Shown in pieces: positions 16,998-26,377 of a stretch of DNA of 64,000 nt. The DNA comes from Escherichia phage vB_VIPECOMC06. Location of the stretch: sequence record PQ416618.1; one strand, written 5' to 3'. Numbering within the stretch: the stretch's first letter is position 1; each line of letters starts with the position of its first letter. Made by a program: the position numbers and the translations under genes. The notes beneath the pieces are model-generated. The model searched no databases and was not told the origin of the DNA. It saw only the letters and a program-made list of their open reading frames with translations.

Positions 16998-17993
16998 ATG
17001 AGCATTACATCTGATGCGGTAAAACATGAAATTAACGGTTTATGTGCTTCACAGATTAAAGTGTGGTTTAAAGACCATAATGATCGCAGAGCACTTAATT
17101 ATGAGCAAATTGCTATCCAAGTTCATCAATTACTGACTAGTAAATTTGATTTTCATATGCCGTCTGAAATCTATACTAATCTACCGCGAGCGCTTATTAA
17201 AGCGTGTAAAGGTTATGGAAAATCAATGGCTGATGGAATCTTCAGCGCGCTGAATAAACTTAACGTTCTGTCGATGATTAACTCTAACAACATCCTGCGT
17301 AATCTAGGACGTACTGATTTGTTCGGTCGTGAACAGTGTAAAATGCCTTTGAAATGGATTGTTGCTCATCTTAACGAGAACCAAACACGTTTTATGGCTG
17401 TATCAGCACGCTTACAAATGGGCCTAGATCGTCAGATGAACTTTAAAACTCATCCACGTTATTCAGGTTCAACAGACTTTTATAAATGTGAGCTTCAAAA
17501 GGTTGCAGGTAAAACTGTCTTAGTAGTTCGTGTAACGTTTGAAGGACGACGTCAAGGATATTTTGACCTAATCGGCTCTGGTCTTAAACATTGTGGATTT
17601 ATTGACGAAGTTGATATCAAGCGAGACAGCATTGGATACCGTATTGGATATGTTTGTACTCTTAAAGAAGAGATTTCAGGACCAGTACCAGGACTAAAAG
17701 ACGTTAGATATAAAGACGAGCTCGTTGAAGAAATAAAAGAAGTTGAATATGATATCAACCAAGAAGATGCTCTTAAAGACCTTATTGATGAACTAAACCA
17801 AGACGTTATTCCGGTTCAGAAATTTGAATCAAAACATGCTGAGCAAATCAAATACTTTGAAGCTTTGATTAACGAACTTAATGTAACTATTCAACAGACT
17901 GACGATGAAATCTCGCGATTAGCAGGCTTAAACGGTAAAAATAAAACGGAACGAGCTAATCTTATTCAGGTAGTAAAACTTCTTAAGGAATGA
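16998..17993 (+). CDS. hypothetical protein with C-terminal coiled coil (331 aa)
   Basis: SD GAGGAAA; heptad-like C-terminus. Confidence 0.5.
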   Translation: MSITSDAVKHEINGLCASQIKVWFKDHNDRRALNYEQIAIQVHQLLTSKFDFHMPSEIYTNLPRALIKACKGYGKSMADGIFSALNKLNVLSMINSNNILRNLGRTDLFGREQCKMPLKWIVAHLNENQTRFMAVSARLQMGLDRQMNFKTHPRYSGSTDFYKCELQKVAGKTVLVVRVTFEGRRQGYFDLIGSGLKHCGFIDEVDIKRDSIGYRIGYVCTLKEEISGPVPGLKDVRYKDELVEEIKEVEYDINQEDALKDLIDELNQDVIPVQKFESKHAEQIKYFEALINELNVTIQQTDDEISRLAGLNGKNKTERANLIQVVKLLKE

Positions 17994-18022
17994 TGTACAA
18001 CCAAGGATGGTTGGAGTATAAT
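17994..18022 (+). promoter_or_regulatory. repeated promoter cassette CAACCAAGGATGGTTGGAGTATAAT (copy 1)
   Basis: TGTACA -35-like, palindrome CAACCA-AGGA-TGGTTG, -10 TATAAT. Confidence 0.55.
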
Positions 18023-18048
18023 AAATTTTTCAACATGAGGAATATAAA

Positions 18049-18981
18049 ATGGCTTTTATTACACGTAGAGAACTTATCAAAGAATTTACCTCGAACGCAT
18101 ATACTCCAGGACCTAATCCTATCCGTATGCCTGTAAAGACTCCTGAAGAGATTGAGGAAATCTGTTCATATTATGGGATTAATTCTCGTAAGTTTACTCA
18201 ATTTGAATGCGTTACTAACACACCCGTTAAAGAGTTCATTAAAAATGGTGAGTTCAGCCGTTTATTAGCCAAACAGAAACTTCGTAATTTTTGTATCGGC
18301 GGTGAAGGACAATATTTCGCTAAGCAGTTCAGGAATAACCTTAACAATCTGATGGCCATTGCTTCTCGTATTCGTCCTCAAGCAATTAACATGAAACATT
18401 TGAAATATACTTACGATAAGTTAGAAATCATGGTTATCAGTGAGAACGAGTTCACTCTTAAGTATAAACCTAAGAATGATAACGTTGCTCGTGTATTCCA
18501 CCAAGCGTTGGAAGTTTTAGGTGATAATATCCACCAGATTAAAGCAATTTATTCTCGTGAGCTTAATATTATCGACCCTATCAAGAATAAGGGCCATATC
18601 GCTATCCAGGCTCGTGTATCTATTGGTAAAAAGGTTCCTGCGCCATGGTGGCACAAAGACTCTGAATATTATAAAAATCTTAAAAAGGAAAATGCAACGT
18701 TTGAAGCGTCAATTATTGTCGCCCCGACTATCGGTAAGATTAACGCAGCTTCAGCACAACCTGTTATGTTTAACGGCACGTCTTCGACTAAACTGGAAAT
18801 CTCTAATGGTCTTCTTCCTGCCGAAGATTACTATTATAATCAAATCAAAGCCACTGTGGACCAACTGTCTGTTGAACTTGACAAAGCACAAGCTAAGCTT
18901 CGTGATGCTCAACAAGTAGTTACCAAGCTCCAGTTGCAGTACTCTAAACTTTTTAACGCAATGAATGCATTAAAATCATAA
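18049..18981 (+). CDS. hypothetical protein with C-terminal coiled coil (310 aa)
   Basis: Preceded by CAACCAAGGATGGTTGGAGTATAAT cassette; C-terminal LDKAQAKLRDAQQVVTKLQLQ. Confidence 0.5.
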   Translation: MAFITRRELIKEFTSNAYTPGPNPIRMPVKTPEEIEEICSYYGINSRKFTQFECVTNTPVKEFIKNGEFSRLLAKQKLRNFCIGGEGQYFAKQFRNNLNNLMAIASRIRPQAINMKHLKYTYDKLEIMVISENEFTLKYKPKNDNVARVFHQALEVLGDNIHQIKAIYSRELNIIDPIKNKGHIAIQARVSIGKKVPAPWWHKDSEYYKNLKKENATFEASIIVAPTIGKINAASAQPVMFNGTSSTKLEISNGLLPAEDYYYNQIKATVDQLSVELDKAQAKLRDAQQVVTKLQLQYSKLFNAMNALKS

Positions 18982-18985
18982 ATCA

Positions 18986-19015
18986 GTTTACAACCAAGGA
19001 TGGTTGGAGTATAAT
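18986..19015 (+). promoter_or_regulatory. repeated promoter cassette (copy 2)
   Basis: GTTTAC, CAACCAAGGATGGTTGG, TATAAT. Confidence 0.6.
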
Positions 19016-19043
19016 CTTTCTATCTTAACGAGAGGAAAATATT

Positions 19044-19994
19044 ATGACACGTTCACATTACATTGATTATTTTGCAGGTCTTATCGCTAACGTTCATGCC
19101 CAACGTGCTTCTGGTTCATTAGGATTTGATGTTCCACACCGAGTTGTAGTAAGTGGTATTCTTCGCGATTTTGGTACATACACAGGCCAAGAAAATCATA
19201 TCTGTAAAGATACTCAGAATGCGTATTCTCATTCATTAGGGACACTGCTTCAATGGTTCAAACGTTCTCGTTTATTATCTTCTACTGTAGCTCGCGATAA
19301 CATTAAAAACTTTATGAAGCCGAGCTTTATTAAATCTGTGACATCTAAAACCGATTTGGTTGAATTTACTATTATTAACGATGTTAAAAAGACTCATTTA
19401 GCTGATTGGTTATCTACCATTCCTGAAACTAAATTTGCTGATAAATTTGCTTGTGAATTCAATAACCAAGTGAATATGCTTTTTAAACATTCTCGTAAAT
19501 TATTCACAGGTGGCGATGATCGTACAAATAAAGTTCATGTTAAAGATTGGGTTACTGCAGTATTCAAACCGACCGGTAATGGTAACGCATCATTGTCAAT
19601 TGATATCCAGGTTCCGTATTACTACTCACGTAATCTCGGCACCATGAAAGCTGAAGAAATTAAGAAGCACAACAAAACCATTCGTTCGCTGTCTTATAAA
19701 CTTCGCATGATGTTAAGAATCATGGACGTGGTAGAAATGTATGATGAAACCGAAGATAACGGTTCAATGTTATTCAGTTCTCGTATTCAAATTAAGCTGA
19801 AGAACCCTAACGAGTATAAGCCTAAGCCTATTAAAGAGACTAAAGCAGAAAAAGCTGATAATTTAAGAGAAGAACGCGAATATCTCAAATCTCGTCTGAA
19901 AGAAGTCGAAGCCCAGATTGCAGAACAAACTAAATCATTAAAAGCTCTGAATGCAAAAGCTGATGGTTTACGAAATGCTATTGAGGTTTTATAA
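19044..19994 (+). CDS. hypothetical protein with C-terminal coiled coil (316 aa)
   Basis: Preceded by the same promoter cassette; C-terminal LKSRLKEVEAQIAEQTKSLKALNAKADGL. Confidence 0.5.
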   Translation: MTRSHYIDYFAGLIANVHAQRASGSLGFDVPHRVVVSGILRDFGTYTGQENHICKDTQNAYSHSLGTLLQWFKRSRLLSSTVARDNIKNFMKPSFIKSVTSKTDLVEFTIINDVKKTHLADWLSTIPETKFADKFACEFNNQVNMLFKHSRKLFTGGDDRTNKVHVKDWVTAVFKPTGNGNASLSIDIQVPYYYSRNLGTMKAEEIKKHNKTIRSLSYKLRMMLRIMDVVEMYDETEDNGSMLFSSRIQIKLKNPNEYKPKPIKETKAEKADNLREEREYLKSRLKEVEAQIAEQTKSLKALNAKADGLRNAIEVL

Positions 19995-20299
19995 TGAAAC
20001 TACGTCTTTTAGAGGATATTGATATGAGCACTAATCACGGCTTGGTTAAGTTTATTGACGATAGTTCAAAGATTGAATTTGTTCAGCGAGATAAAATCCA
20101 CGGTGAAGAAGAGTTCGTTCCTCCGGCATGGAACGAAATCATGAAAATGGTTGAACGACGTGAAAATGCTGCCAAATCGGCAGCAAAACATCCGTGCCCG
20201 GAATGTGGAACTATCCAAGTCCAACTGGTTAACTGGACCACTGATAACTTGAAATTGAAATGCCGTAAATGCTTCCACAAATTTGAGAGAACATTATAA
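19994..20299 (+). CDS. zinc-ribbon protein (101 aa)
   Basis: CPECG...CRKCFH four-Cys motif. Confidence 0.45.
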   Translation: MKLRLLEDIDMSTNHGLVKFIDDSSKIEFVQRDKIHGEEEFVPPAWNEIMKMVERRENAAKSAAKHPCPECGTIQVQLVNWTTDNLKLKCRKCFHKFERTL

Positions 20300-20712
20300 T
20301 GAGATATAGCCTTCGTTGTTTTATCGCAGCTTTAGTTTTTGCCATCATTCCATTCATTTGGAACAGCCAGAATACTTACATGGAAACTAAAGTAATTCCT
20401 GTGGAGGTAGTGGAATTAATCTCAGGCCAATCTACAGGAAAATATTCTAAATTGGAATTTATTGCAGTTTATAAAGATGAACAAGGTCGAGTTTTTGACA
20501 GGCATGTATCACCGTCGTTTTATACGCTTCTGAATAAAGGTGATACGATAGCTATAGAAATTCGTGAGATGGATATCAAACAAACTACTAAAGATAACTT
20601 GATTTGGTTCTTTGGTACAGTGTTGTTGGTTTCTATCTGTATCACAGGTTTTATTACATGTATTGTATTTGGCATTACATATTTAATCGATGAAAGGAAA
20701 AATAATGTTTAA
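20299..20712 (+). CDS. predicted membrane protein (137 aa)
   Basis: N- and C-terminal hydrophobic helices. Confidence 0.45.
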   Translation: MRYSLRCFIAALVFAIIPFIWNSQNTYMETKVIPVEVVELISGQSTGKYSKLEFIAVYKDEQGRVFDRHVSPSFYTLLNKGDTIAIEIREMDIKQTTKDNLIWFFGTVLLVSICITGFITCIVFGITYLIDERKNNV

Positions 20713-20968
20713 AGTGTATGGTTATGACTCTACTATTCATAAATGCATTTATTGCGATAATGTAAAACGATTGCTGACTGTTAAGAAACAGCCATTCGAA
20801 TTCATTAATGTTATGCCAGAAAAAGGTATTTTTGATGATGAGAAAATTGCTGAGCTTCTGGTTAAGCTTGGACGTGAATCACAAGTCGGATTGACTATGC
20901 CTCAAGTGTTTGCTCCTGATGGAACTTCGATCGGTGGCTTTGACCAACTACGAGAATATTTTAAATGA
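20705..20968 (+). CDS. nrdC: thioredoxin/glutaredoxin-like (T4 NrdC type)
   Basis: MFKVYGYDS..HKCIYCDN..FDQLREYFK; 87 aa; CxYC active site; ATG at 20705 after AGGAAA. Confidence 0.85.
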   Translation: MFKVYGYDSTIHKCIYCDNVKRLLTVKKQPFEFINVMPEKGIFDDEKIAELLVKLGRESQVGLTMPQVFAPDGTSIGGFDQLREYFK

Positions 20969-21321
20969 CATATTCATTAAATCTTAAAGATTTCCAAGAT
21001 GTATACGAAGTTTGTGCTAATGAACTTGGTCCTGATGCTCCAACTATTATTGAAGTTTTAAATGTGCTCCCTTCATCATTAGCTTACGAAGCCAAATCAT
21101 GGGGTTGGAACGACACTGTCGTTCGTGATGACCTTTACGTCCTGATGAACGATATGATGGTTAAAAAGGCAGAACAGGCTGCACCAATGGTTACCATTAC
21201 CGTTAAAGAATATAATCGCCTGCAAGCCATTGAAGAGCTTCTGTGGAACATTGAATGTGACCTGCCATCCGGACTAGAATCCTGGATTGATTATGAAGAG
21301 CTCAATAAACTCCGGGGTTAA
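20965..21321 (+). CDS. hypothetical protein (118 aa)
   Basis: ATGA coupling to nrdC. Confidence 0.45.
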   Translation: MTYSLNLKDFQDVYEVCANELGPDAPTIIEVLNVLPSSLAYEAKSWGWNDTVVRDDLYVLMNDMMVKKAEQAAPMVTITVKEYNRLQAIEELLWNIECDLPSGLESWIDYEELNKLRG

Positions 21322-21333
21322 ACCGTGGTATTC

Positions 21334-21357
21334 GGCTCGATGGGAGACAGTCGAGCC
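21334..21357 (+). terminator. stem-loop, putative terminator
   Basis: GGCTCGA-(10 nt)-TCGAGCC perfect 7-bp stem. Confidence 0.35.
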
Positions 21358-21370
21358 AGACGTCGAAACA

Positions 21371-21400
21371 GTTTACAACGACGAAGAAAAATGTTATGAT
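21371..21400 (+). promoter_or_regulatory. early promoter
   Basis: GTTTAC, TGTTATGAT. Confidence 0.5.
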
Positions 21401-21449
21401 GAGCCTTCAATAAATGAATTAATTGATATGGAAATGGGAAGAGATTATT

Positions 21450-21620
21450 ATGCAAGTTAAATTATTGTACCGTTTATTAAAAAATGGCAAGCATGATTGG
21501 TATTTGCTTATTAAAACCGATCCGAATTTTTTCTCTGGACAACCATTTACAGTTCGTCCTACTAAACGTCAGCTTCGCAAAGCTAAACGTTCTCATCATA
21601 ACTTTTATAGAGAATATTGA
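21450..21620 (+). CDS. small basic protein (~56 aa)
   Basis: ATG at 21450; C-terminus VRPTKRQLRKAKRSHHNFYREY; paralog of the ORF at 22046. Confidence 0.35.
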   Translation: MQVKLLYRLLKNGKHDWYLLIKTDPNFFSGQPFTVRPTKRQLRKAKRSHHNFYREY

Positions 21621-21621
21621 T

Positions 21622-22035
21622 ATGAATATTTCTGAAACTCGCGGTAAATGGTTCAAGATTGTTAAAGAAGACGAAGAACTCCAAGATAAGTTTCCTGAAT
21701 TAAAGAAAGATACGATCATCAAGGTAATTGGTACTACTACCGAAGATGGTTATGGCGACCATGGCATTATCGAAGTGATGTTGAACACAGGTGAGAAACT
21801 TTGCATCTATGACCGTGATACTTCTCTTTGGTGCTTCTGGGAATCCCATTCAATAGATGAACTCGAAGAAATTGACCAAGTAGTTTGTGATGGTGGACTT
21901 GGCGAATTCGAAGGTGAACGTATTTCTTATGCTTTAGCTAAATTAGCCGCCCAAGAAAATAATGACGGTTATGAAGGTAATCTGATGCAAGCCGCAGCGG
22001 AATACATTGAATATTTAGAAAGACGTTTAAGTTAA
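21622..22035 (+). CDS. hypothetical acidic protein (~137 aa)
   Basis: ATG at 21622 just after upstream stop. Confidence 0.45.
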   Translation: MNISETRGKWFKIVKEDEELQDKFPELKKDTIIKVIGTTTEDGYGDHGIIEVMLNTGEKLCIYDRDTSLWCFWESHSIDELEEIDQVVCDGGLGEFEGERISYALAKLAAQENNDGYEGNLMQAAAEYIEYLERRLS

Positions 22036-22045
22036 GGGCTTATTA

Positions 22046-22225
22046 TGAAAACTGCATTATTTTTTGGCGAAAGAACAAACGGTCAAAAATCTTGGAAATT
22101 TGTTATGATTGGTGCTCCAAACAATCCGAACATGAGGACTTCAATCATTTCTGTAACACGTCCTACTAAAAGAATGATTCGCCAATACAAACGTTTCCAT
22201 CGTGACTTTTATAACATTTATTAAA
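22046..22225 (+). CDS. small basic protein (59 aa)
   Basis: Below track cutoff; C-terminus VTRPTKRMIRQYKRFHRDFYNIY parallels the ORF at 21450. Confidence 0.3.
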
Positions 22226-22226
22226 T

Positions 22227-22257
22227 TATAAATACCCTTATCTAATATGGTAAGGGT
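22227..22257 (+). promoter_or_regulatory. late promoter plus SD-sequestering hairpin upstream of gene 49
   Basis: Exact TATAAATA at 22227-22234; ACCCTTA / TAAGGGT stem including the SD. Confidence 0.65.
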
Positions 22258-22262
22258 TTATT

Positions 22263-22736
22263 ATGTTATTATCAGGCGCAAAATATAAAGAAGAAAAACA
22301 AAAATTTTATGATGCACAGAATGGTAAGTGTCCTATTTGCCACCGTGAATTAGACCCTGATGTTCAAGGTAACCATCTTGACCACGACCACGAATTAAAC
22401 GGGCCAAAAGCAGGTAGAGTTCGTGGGTTACTCTGTAATCTGTGCAACGCAGCAGAAGGCCAAATGAAGCATAAGTTCAACCGTTCGGGTCTTAAAGGAC
22501 GTGATGTCGACTACCTCGAATGGCTTGAAGCTCTTCTTGCTTATTTGAAACAAGATTATTCTGATAATAATATCCATCCTAATTTTGTTCCAGACAAAAC
22601 TAAAGAGTTCTCAAGACTAGGTAAAGAGGAAATGATGGCCGAGATGCTTCAAAGAGGATTTGAATATAATGAATCTGATACTAAAACACAATTAATAGCT
22701 TCATTCAAAAAGCAGCTTAGAAAGAGTTTAAAATGA
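22263..22736 (+). CDS. 49: endonuclease VII (Holliday junction resolvase)
   Basis: MLLSGAKYKEEKQKFYDAQNGKCPIC..HLDHDHELNGPKAG..RGLLCNLCN; 157 aa as in T4 gp49. Confidence 0.9.
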   Translation: MLLSGAKYKEEKQKFYDAQNGKCPICHRELDPDVQGNHLDHDHELNGPKAGRVRGLLCNLCNAAEGQMKHKFNRSGLKGRDVDYLEWLEALLAYLKQDYSDNNIHPNFVPDKTKEFSRLGKEEMMAEMLQRGFEYNESDTKTQLIASFKKQLRKSLK

Positions 22737-24550
22737 AAATTGAAAAAGAAATTGAAGGATTAATTCATAAAACTAATAAAGATCTTTTGAACGAGAATGC
22801 TAATAAAGATTCTCGTGTTTTTCCAACTCAACGGGACCTTATGGCTGGTATTGTGTCTAAGCACATTGCCAAAAATATGGTCCCGTCTTTTATTATGAAA
22901 GCACATGAAAGCGGAATTATCCATTTCCATGATATTGATTATTCCCCTGCTCTTCCATTTACTAATTGTTGTTTAGTAGATTTAAAGGGAATGCTTGAAA
23001 ATGGGTTTAAGCTAGGTAATGCTCAAATTGAAACGCCTAAATCTATCGGTGTTGCTACTGCAATTATGGCACAAATTACCGCACAGGTTGCTTCCCATCA
23101 ATATGGCGGAACGACTTTTGCTAATGTAGATAAAGTACTTTCTCCTTATGTTAAACGCACCTATGCAAAACATATTGAGGATGCAGAAAAATGGCAAATC
23201 GCTGATGCGTTGAATTATGCCCAATCTAAAACAGAAAAAGACGTATACGATGCATTTCAAGCTTATGAGTATGAAGTAAATACTCTTTTTAGCTCAAACG
23301 GTCAAACGCCTTTTGTAACAATTACATTTGGTACTGGAACTGACTGGACTGAACGAATTATTCAGAAGGCAATTCTTAAAAACCGCATTAAAGGCCTTGG
23401 TCGTGATGGAATAACTCCTATTTTCCCTAAACTTGTTATGTTCGTTGAAGAGGGTGTCAATCTTTATAAAGACGACCCGAACTACGATATTAAGCAGCTT
23501 GCTCTAGAGTGTGCAAGCAAAAGAATGTATCCTGATATTATTTCAGTTAAGAACAATAAAGCTATCACCGGTTCATCTATTCCTGTTTCTCCAATGGGTT
23601 GTCGTAGTTTCTTGAGTGTATGGAAAGATTCGACAGGTAATGAAATTCTTGATGGGCGTAATAATCTTGGTGTTGTAACACTGAATCTTCCTCGTATTGC
23701 GTTAGATTCTTATATTGGAACACAGTTCAATGAACAAAAATTTACTGAATTGTTCAATGAGCGAATGGATCTGTGTTTTGAAGCATTGATGTGTAGAATT
23801 AGTTCCTTAAAAGGAGTTAAAGCTACTGTTGCTCCTATTCTTTACCAAGAAGGTGCATTTGGGGTCCGTCTTAAACCTGATGATGATATAATTGAGTTAT
23901 TTAAAAACGGTAGAAGTTCAGTGTCCTTAGGATACATTGGAATTCACGAATTGAATATTCTTGTCGGACGTGATATTGGACAGGAAATTTTGACTAAAAT
24001 GAATGCTCGTCTTAAGCAGTGGACTGAAAGAACCGGTTTTGCTTTTAGCTTGTATTCTACTCCTGCTGAAAACCTGTGCTATCGATTCTGTAAACTTGAT
24101 ACTGAGAAATATGGAAGGGTAAAAGATGTTACTGATAAAGGCTGGTACACTAATAGTTTCCACGTTTCGGTAGAAGAAAATATTACTCCGTTTGAAAAGA
24201 TTTCTCGCGAAGCCCCATATCATTTCATTGCGACTGGCGGACACATTTCTTATGTTGAACTTCCTGATATGAAAAATAACCTAAAAGGTCTTGAGGCTGT
24301 CTGGGATTATGCTGCGCAACATTTAGATTATTTTGGTGTTAATATGCCGGTAGATAAATGTTTTACGTGTGGAAGTACTCATGAAATGACTCCTACTGAA
24401 AACGGATTTGTTTGTTCTATTTGTGGAGAAACTGATCCTAAAAAGATGAACACAATAAGAAGAACTTGTGGTTATTTGGGAAATCCGAATGAACGCGGAT
24501 TTAATCTCGGCAAAAATAAAGAAATCATGCATAGGGTTAAACACCAATGA
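22733..24550 (+). CDS. nrdD: anaerobic ribonucleoside-triphosphate reductase (class III)
   Basis: 605 aa; C-terminal Zn ribbon CFTCGS..CSICG and glycyl radical motif RRTCGYLG; uninterrupted (no intron). Confidence 0.95.
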   Translation: MKIEKEIEGLIHKTNKDLLNENANKDSRVFPTQRDLMAGIVSKHIAKNMVPSFIMKAHESGIIHFHDIDYSPALPFTNCCLVDLKGMLENGFKLGNAQIETPKSIGVATAIMAQITAQVASHQYGGTTFANVDKVLSPYVKRTYAKHIEDAEKWQIADALNYAQSKTEKDVYDAFQAYEYEVNTLFSSNGQTPFVTITFGTGTDWTERIIQKAILKNRIKGLGRDGITPIFPKLVMFVEEGVNLYKDDPNYDIKQLALECASKRMYPDIISVKNNKAITGSSIPVSPMGCRSFLSVWKDSTGNEILDGRNNLGVVTLNLPRIALDSYIGTQFNEQKFTELFNERMDLCFEALMCRISSLKGVKATVAPILYQEGAFGVRLKPDDDIIELFKNGRSSVSLGYIGIHELNILVGRDIGQEILTKMNARLKQWTERTGFAFSLYSTPAENLCYRFCKLDTEKYGRVKDVTDKGWYTNSFHVSVEENITPFEKISREAPYHFIATGGHISYVELPDMKNNLKGLEAVWDYAAQHLDYFGVNMPVDKCFTCGSTHEMTPTENGFVCSICGETDPKKMNTIRRTCGYLGNPNERGFNLGKNKEIMHRVKHQ

Positions 24551-25017
24551 ATTATGATAGATTTTATCCTTGCGATTTTGTGAATGGCCCTGGTTGCAGG
24601 GTCGTTCTTTTCGTTACAGGTTGTTTGCATAAATGCGAAGGGTGTTATAATAAATCAACATGGAACGCTAGAAATGGTATTCCATTCACGGGTGAAACAC
24701 TAGAGCAATTAATTGAATGTTTGAATAATGATTATATAGAAGGATTAACTATAACTGGAGGAGACCCTCTCTATCCTGATAACCGAGATGATGTTCATTG
24801 CATTGCTCAAACAGTAAAAAATCTTTATCCCAATAAAAGCATTTGGTTGTGGACAGGGTACAAGTTTGAAGATATTAAACAACTAGAAATGCTTAAATAT
24901 GTTGATGTTATTATTGATGGGAAGTATGAGAAAAATCTTCCGACTAAAAAGCTGTGGCGAGGATCAGATAATCAGCGACTTTGGTCAAATACCGATGGGG
25001 TGTGGAAACATGATTAA
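24547..25017 (+). CDS. nrdG: anaerobic RNR activating enzyme (radical SAM)
   Basis: N-terminal Cys-rich radical-SAM-type region (FVTGCLHKCEGCYNK); ATGA coupled to nrdD. Confidence 0.9.
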   Translation: MNYDRFYPCDFVNGPGCRVVLFVTGCLHKCEGCYNKSTWNARNGIPFTGETLEQLIECLNNDYIEGLTITGGDPLYPDNRDDVHCIAQTVKNLYPNKSIWLWTGYKFEDIKQLEMLKYVDVIIDGKYEKNLPTKKLWRGSDNQRLWSNTDGVWKHD

Positions 25018-25131
25018 ATTGAATTATATTATGGATACTATAAATGATATGATTTTTCATTTTGGTCCAGAATTTTATTCACAATATAGTTTAGTGTTTA
25101 TCAATGCTTGGTTAATTAATTAAGGGTAAAT

Positions 25132-25347
25132 ATGTATAAATTTCGTAAAGGTTTAGCTGATTTTCTTACAACTGTAACGTTCTTTTTGTTTATGGCAGTT
25201 GGAGCTATTTTTCTTATTCCTTTTACTGTTGTATTTTTCTTGATTAGTTTAATTTCTCCGGAAAAGGGTTTATCCTCCAGCGAATTCAATGAACGTTTGG
25301 ACAAAATTACTAATAAACTGAATTCTGTTCTTGATAAAAAGGCTTAA
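25132..25347 (+). CDS. small membrane protein (71 aa)
   Basis: Hydrophobic helix FFLFMAVGAIFLIPFTVVFFLISLI. Confidence 0.4.
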   Translation: MYKFRKGLADFLTTVTFFLFMAVGAIFLIPFTVVFFLISLISPEKGLSSSEFNERLDKITNKLNSVLDKKA

Positions 25348-25349
25348 TT

Positions 25350-25667
25350 ATGATTAGTTTTGAGCAGTATGTGGTAGAGAGTTGGAAAGGTTTTGATATG
25401 TTCGGTAATGACTATTATTTTTATGAATGTAGTCTAAATCCTAGTTTTTGGGCTGGACGTGAACGAGATCTCGAAGAAATTAATGCTCGTGTCGAATTGT
25501 TAGGTGAACTGCCTACAGTTTATTTTACCTTTGATGAATCTGGATTTGTTATCCAGGTTTATTTTCCTGAAGAAAACTCTGGCGAGGATTCTGTTAATCC
25601 TCCTTATTGGGCTTACCAAGGAATTATTTCTCGTGGAACAAAACTCGAACTTAAAGAACAAGATTGA
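25350..25667 (+). CDS. hypothetical protein (105 aa)
   Basis: ORF directly after upstream stop. Confidence 0.4.
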   Translation: MISFEQYVVESWKGFDMFGNDYYFYECSLNPSFWAGRERDLEEINARVELLGELPTVYFTFDESGFVIQVYFPEENSGEDSVNPPYWAYQGIISRGTKLELKEQD

Positions 25668-25956
25668 AATCTATGGCATCCCTGAAGAAGTAGGACGTTG
25701 TCCCGGATGTTATACTGTTACAAAACTTTTAAAGGAGCTCAATGCTCCTTATACATTTTATAAAGTCCTCACTAATAATGGTAAGATTGAATATGACCGT
25801 CCTTTAATCGTATCTCTTGCTAAACGTGCAGGATTCACTTCACTTAATATTCGTTATCCTGTCATATTTTTAAATGATAAGAAACAAAAGAATATTGCAG
25901 AGTTTAAAAAGTCCTTGATTTCATTAGGATATGACTCTGATATCATAGAAGATTGA
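25633..25956 (+). CDS. nrdH: glutaredoxin-like protein (NrdH-like)
   Basis: KIEIYGIPEEVGRCPGCYTV (CxxC redox motif) in the T4 nrdH position; no in-frame ATG, so a GTG at 25633 is assumed; start uncertain. Confidence 0.45.
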   Translation: MEQNSNLKNKIEIYGIPEEVGRCPGCYTVTKLLKELNAPYTFYKVLTNNGKIEYDRPLIVSLAKRAGFTSLNIRYPVIFLNDKKQKNIAEFKKSLISLGYDSDIIED

Positions 25957-26064
25957 CCAGGTGCCGCCTGGTCTTCTTTATCTCATTTCTAATATAATCC
26001 ATTGGAATCTTCACTTCACTATCTCCTTGTGCCCCTCTCAAATCAAAAATATTTTCATAAAACA

Positions 26065-26093
26065 GTTTACATCCTCAATAGATGTGTTAAGAT
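26065..26093 (+). promoter_or_regulatory. early promoter
   Basis: GTTTAC, 17-bp spacer, TGTTAAGAT. Confidence 0.5.
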
Positions 26094-26121
26094 TAAACCA
26101 TCTACTATAGAGGAAAATAAA

Positions 26122-26370
26122 ATGATTAGTTTAGATTCAAAGAAAGTTGTTCTAACTCTTAATGTAAACAACGAACGTCTGATATTCATTACCATTTCCG
26201 ATTTGAACGTTGAAATTGCTAATGGCGTCCGTACTTATCAAACGTCTAAAACACAATGGGACTATATCCCAATGTTGACGCTTACTCAGCGTTTAGAATC
26301 AATCGGTCTTAAAGACCTTTCAGTAAGTGAAGTGAATTTTATCAAACGCATTGTATCAATCAACCTCTGA
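26122..26370 (+). CDS. hypothetical protein (~82 aa)
   Basis: ATG at 26122 after AGAGGAAA SD, downstream of promoter cassette. Confidence 0.4.
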   Translation: MISLDSKKVVLTLNVNNERLIFITISDLNVEIANGVRTYQTSKTQWDYIPMLTLTQRLESIGLKDLSVSEVNFIKRIVSINL

Positions 26371-26377
26371 GGTACTT

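Noticed and set aside
18521-18919. 132-aa plus-strand ORF in an alternative frame
   Set aside because: Fully embedded in the 18049..18981 gene in another frame; Leu/Arg-rich composition typical of out-of-frame translation.
22733-24550. Possible group I intron or homing endonuclease in nrdD (present in T4)
   Set aside because: nrdD is one uninterrupted 605-aa ORF; no GIY-YIG, HNH or LAGLIDADG ORF was recognised anywhere in the window.
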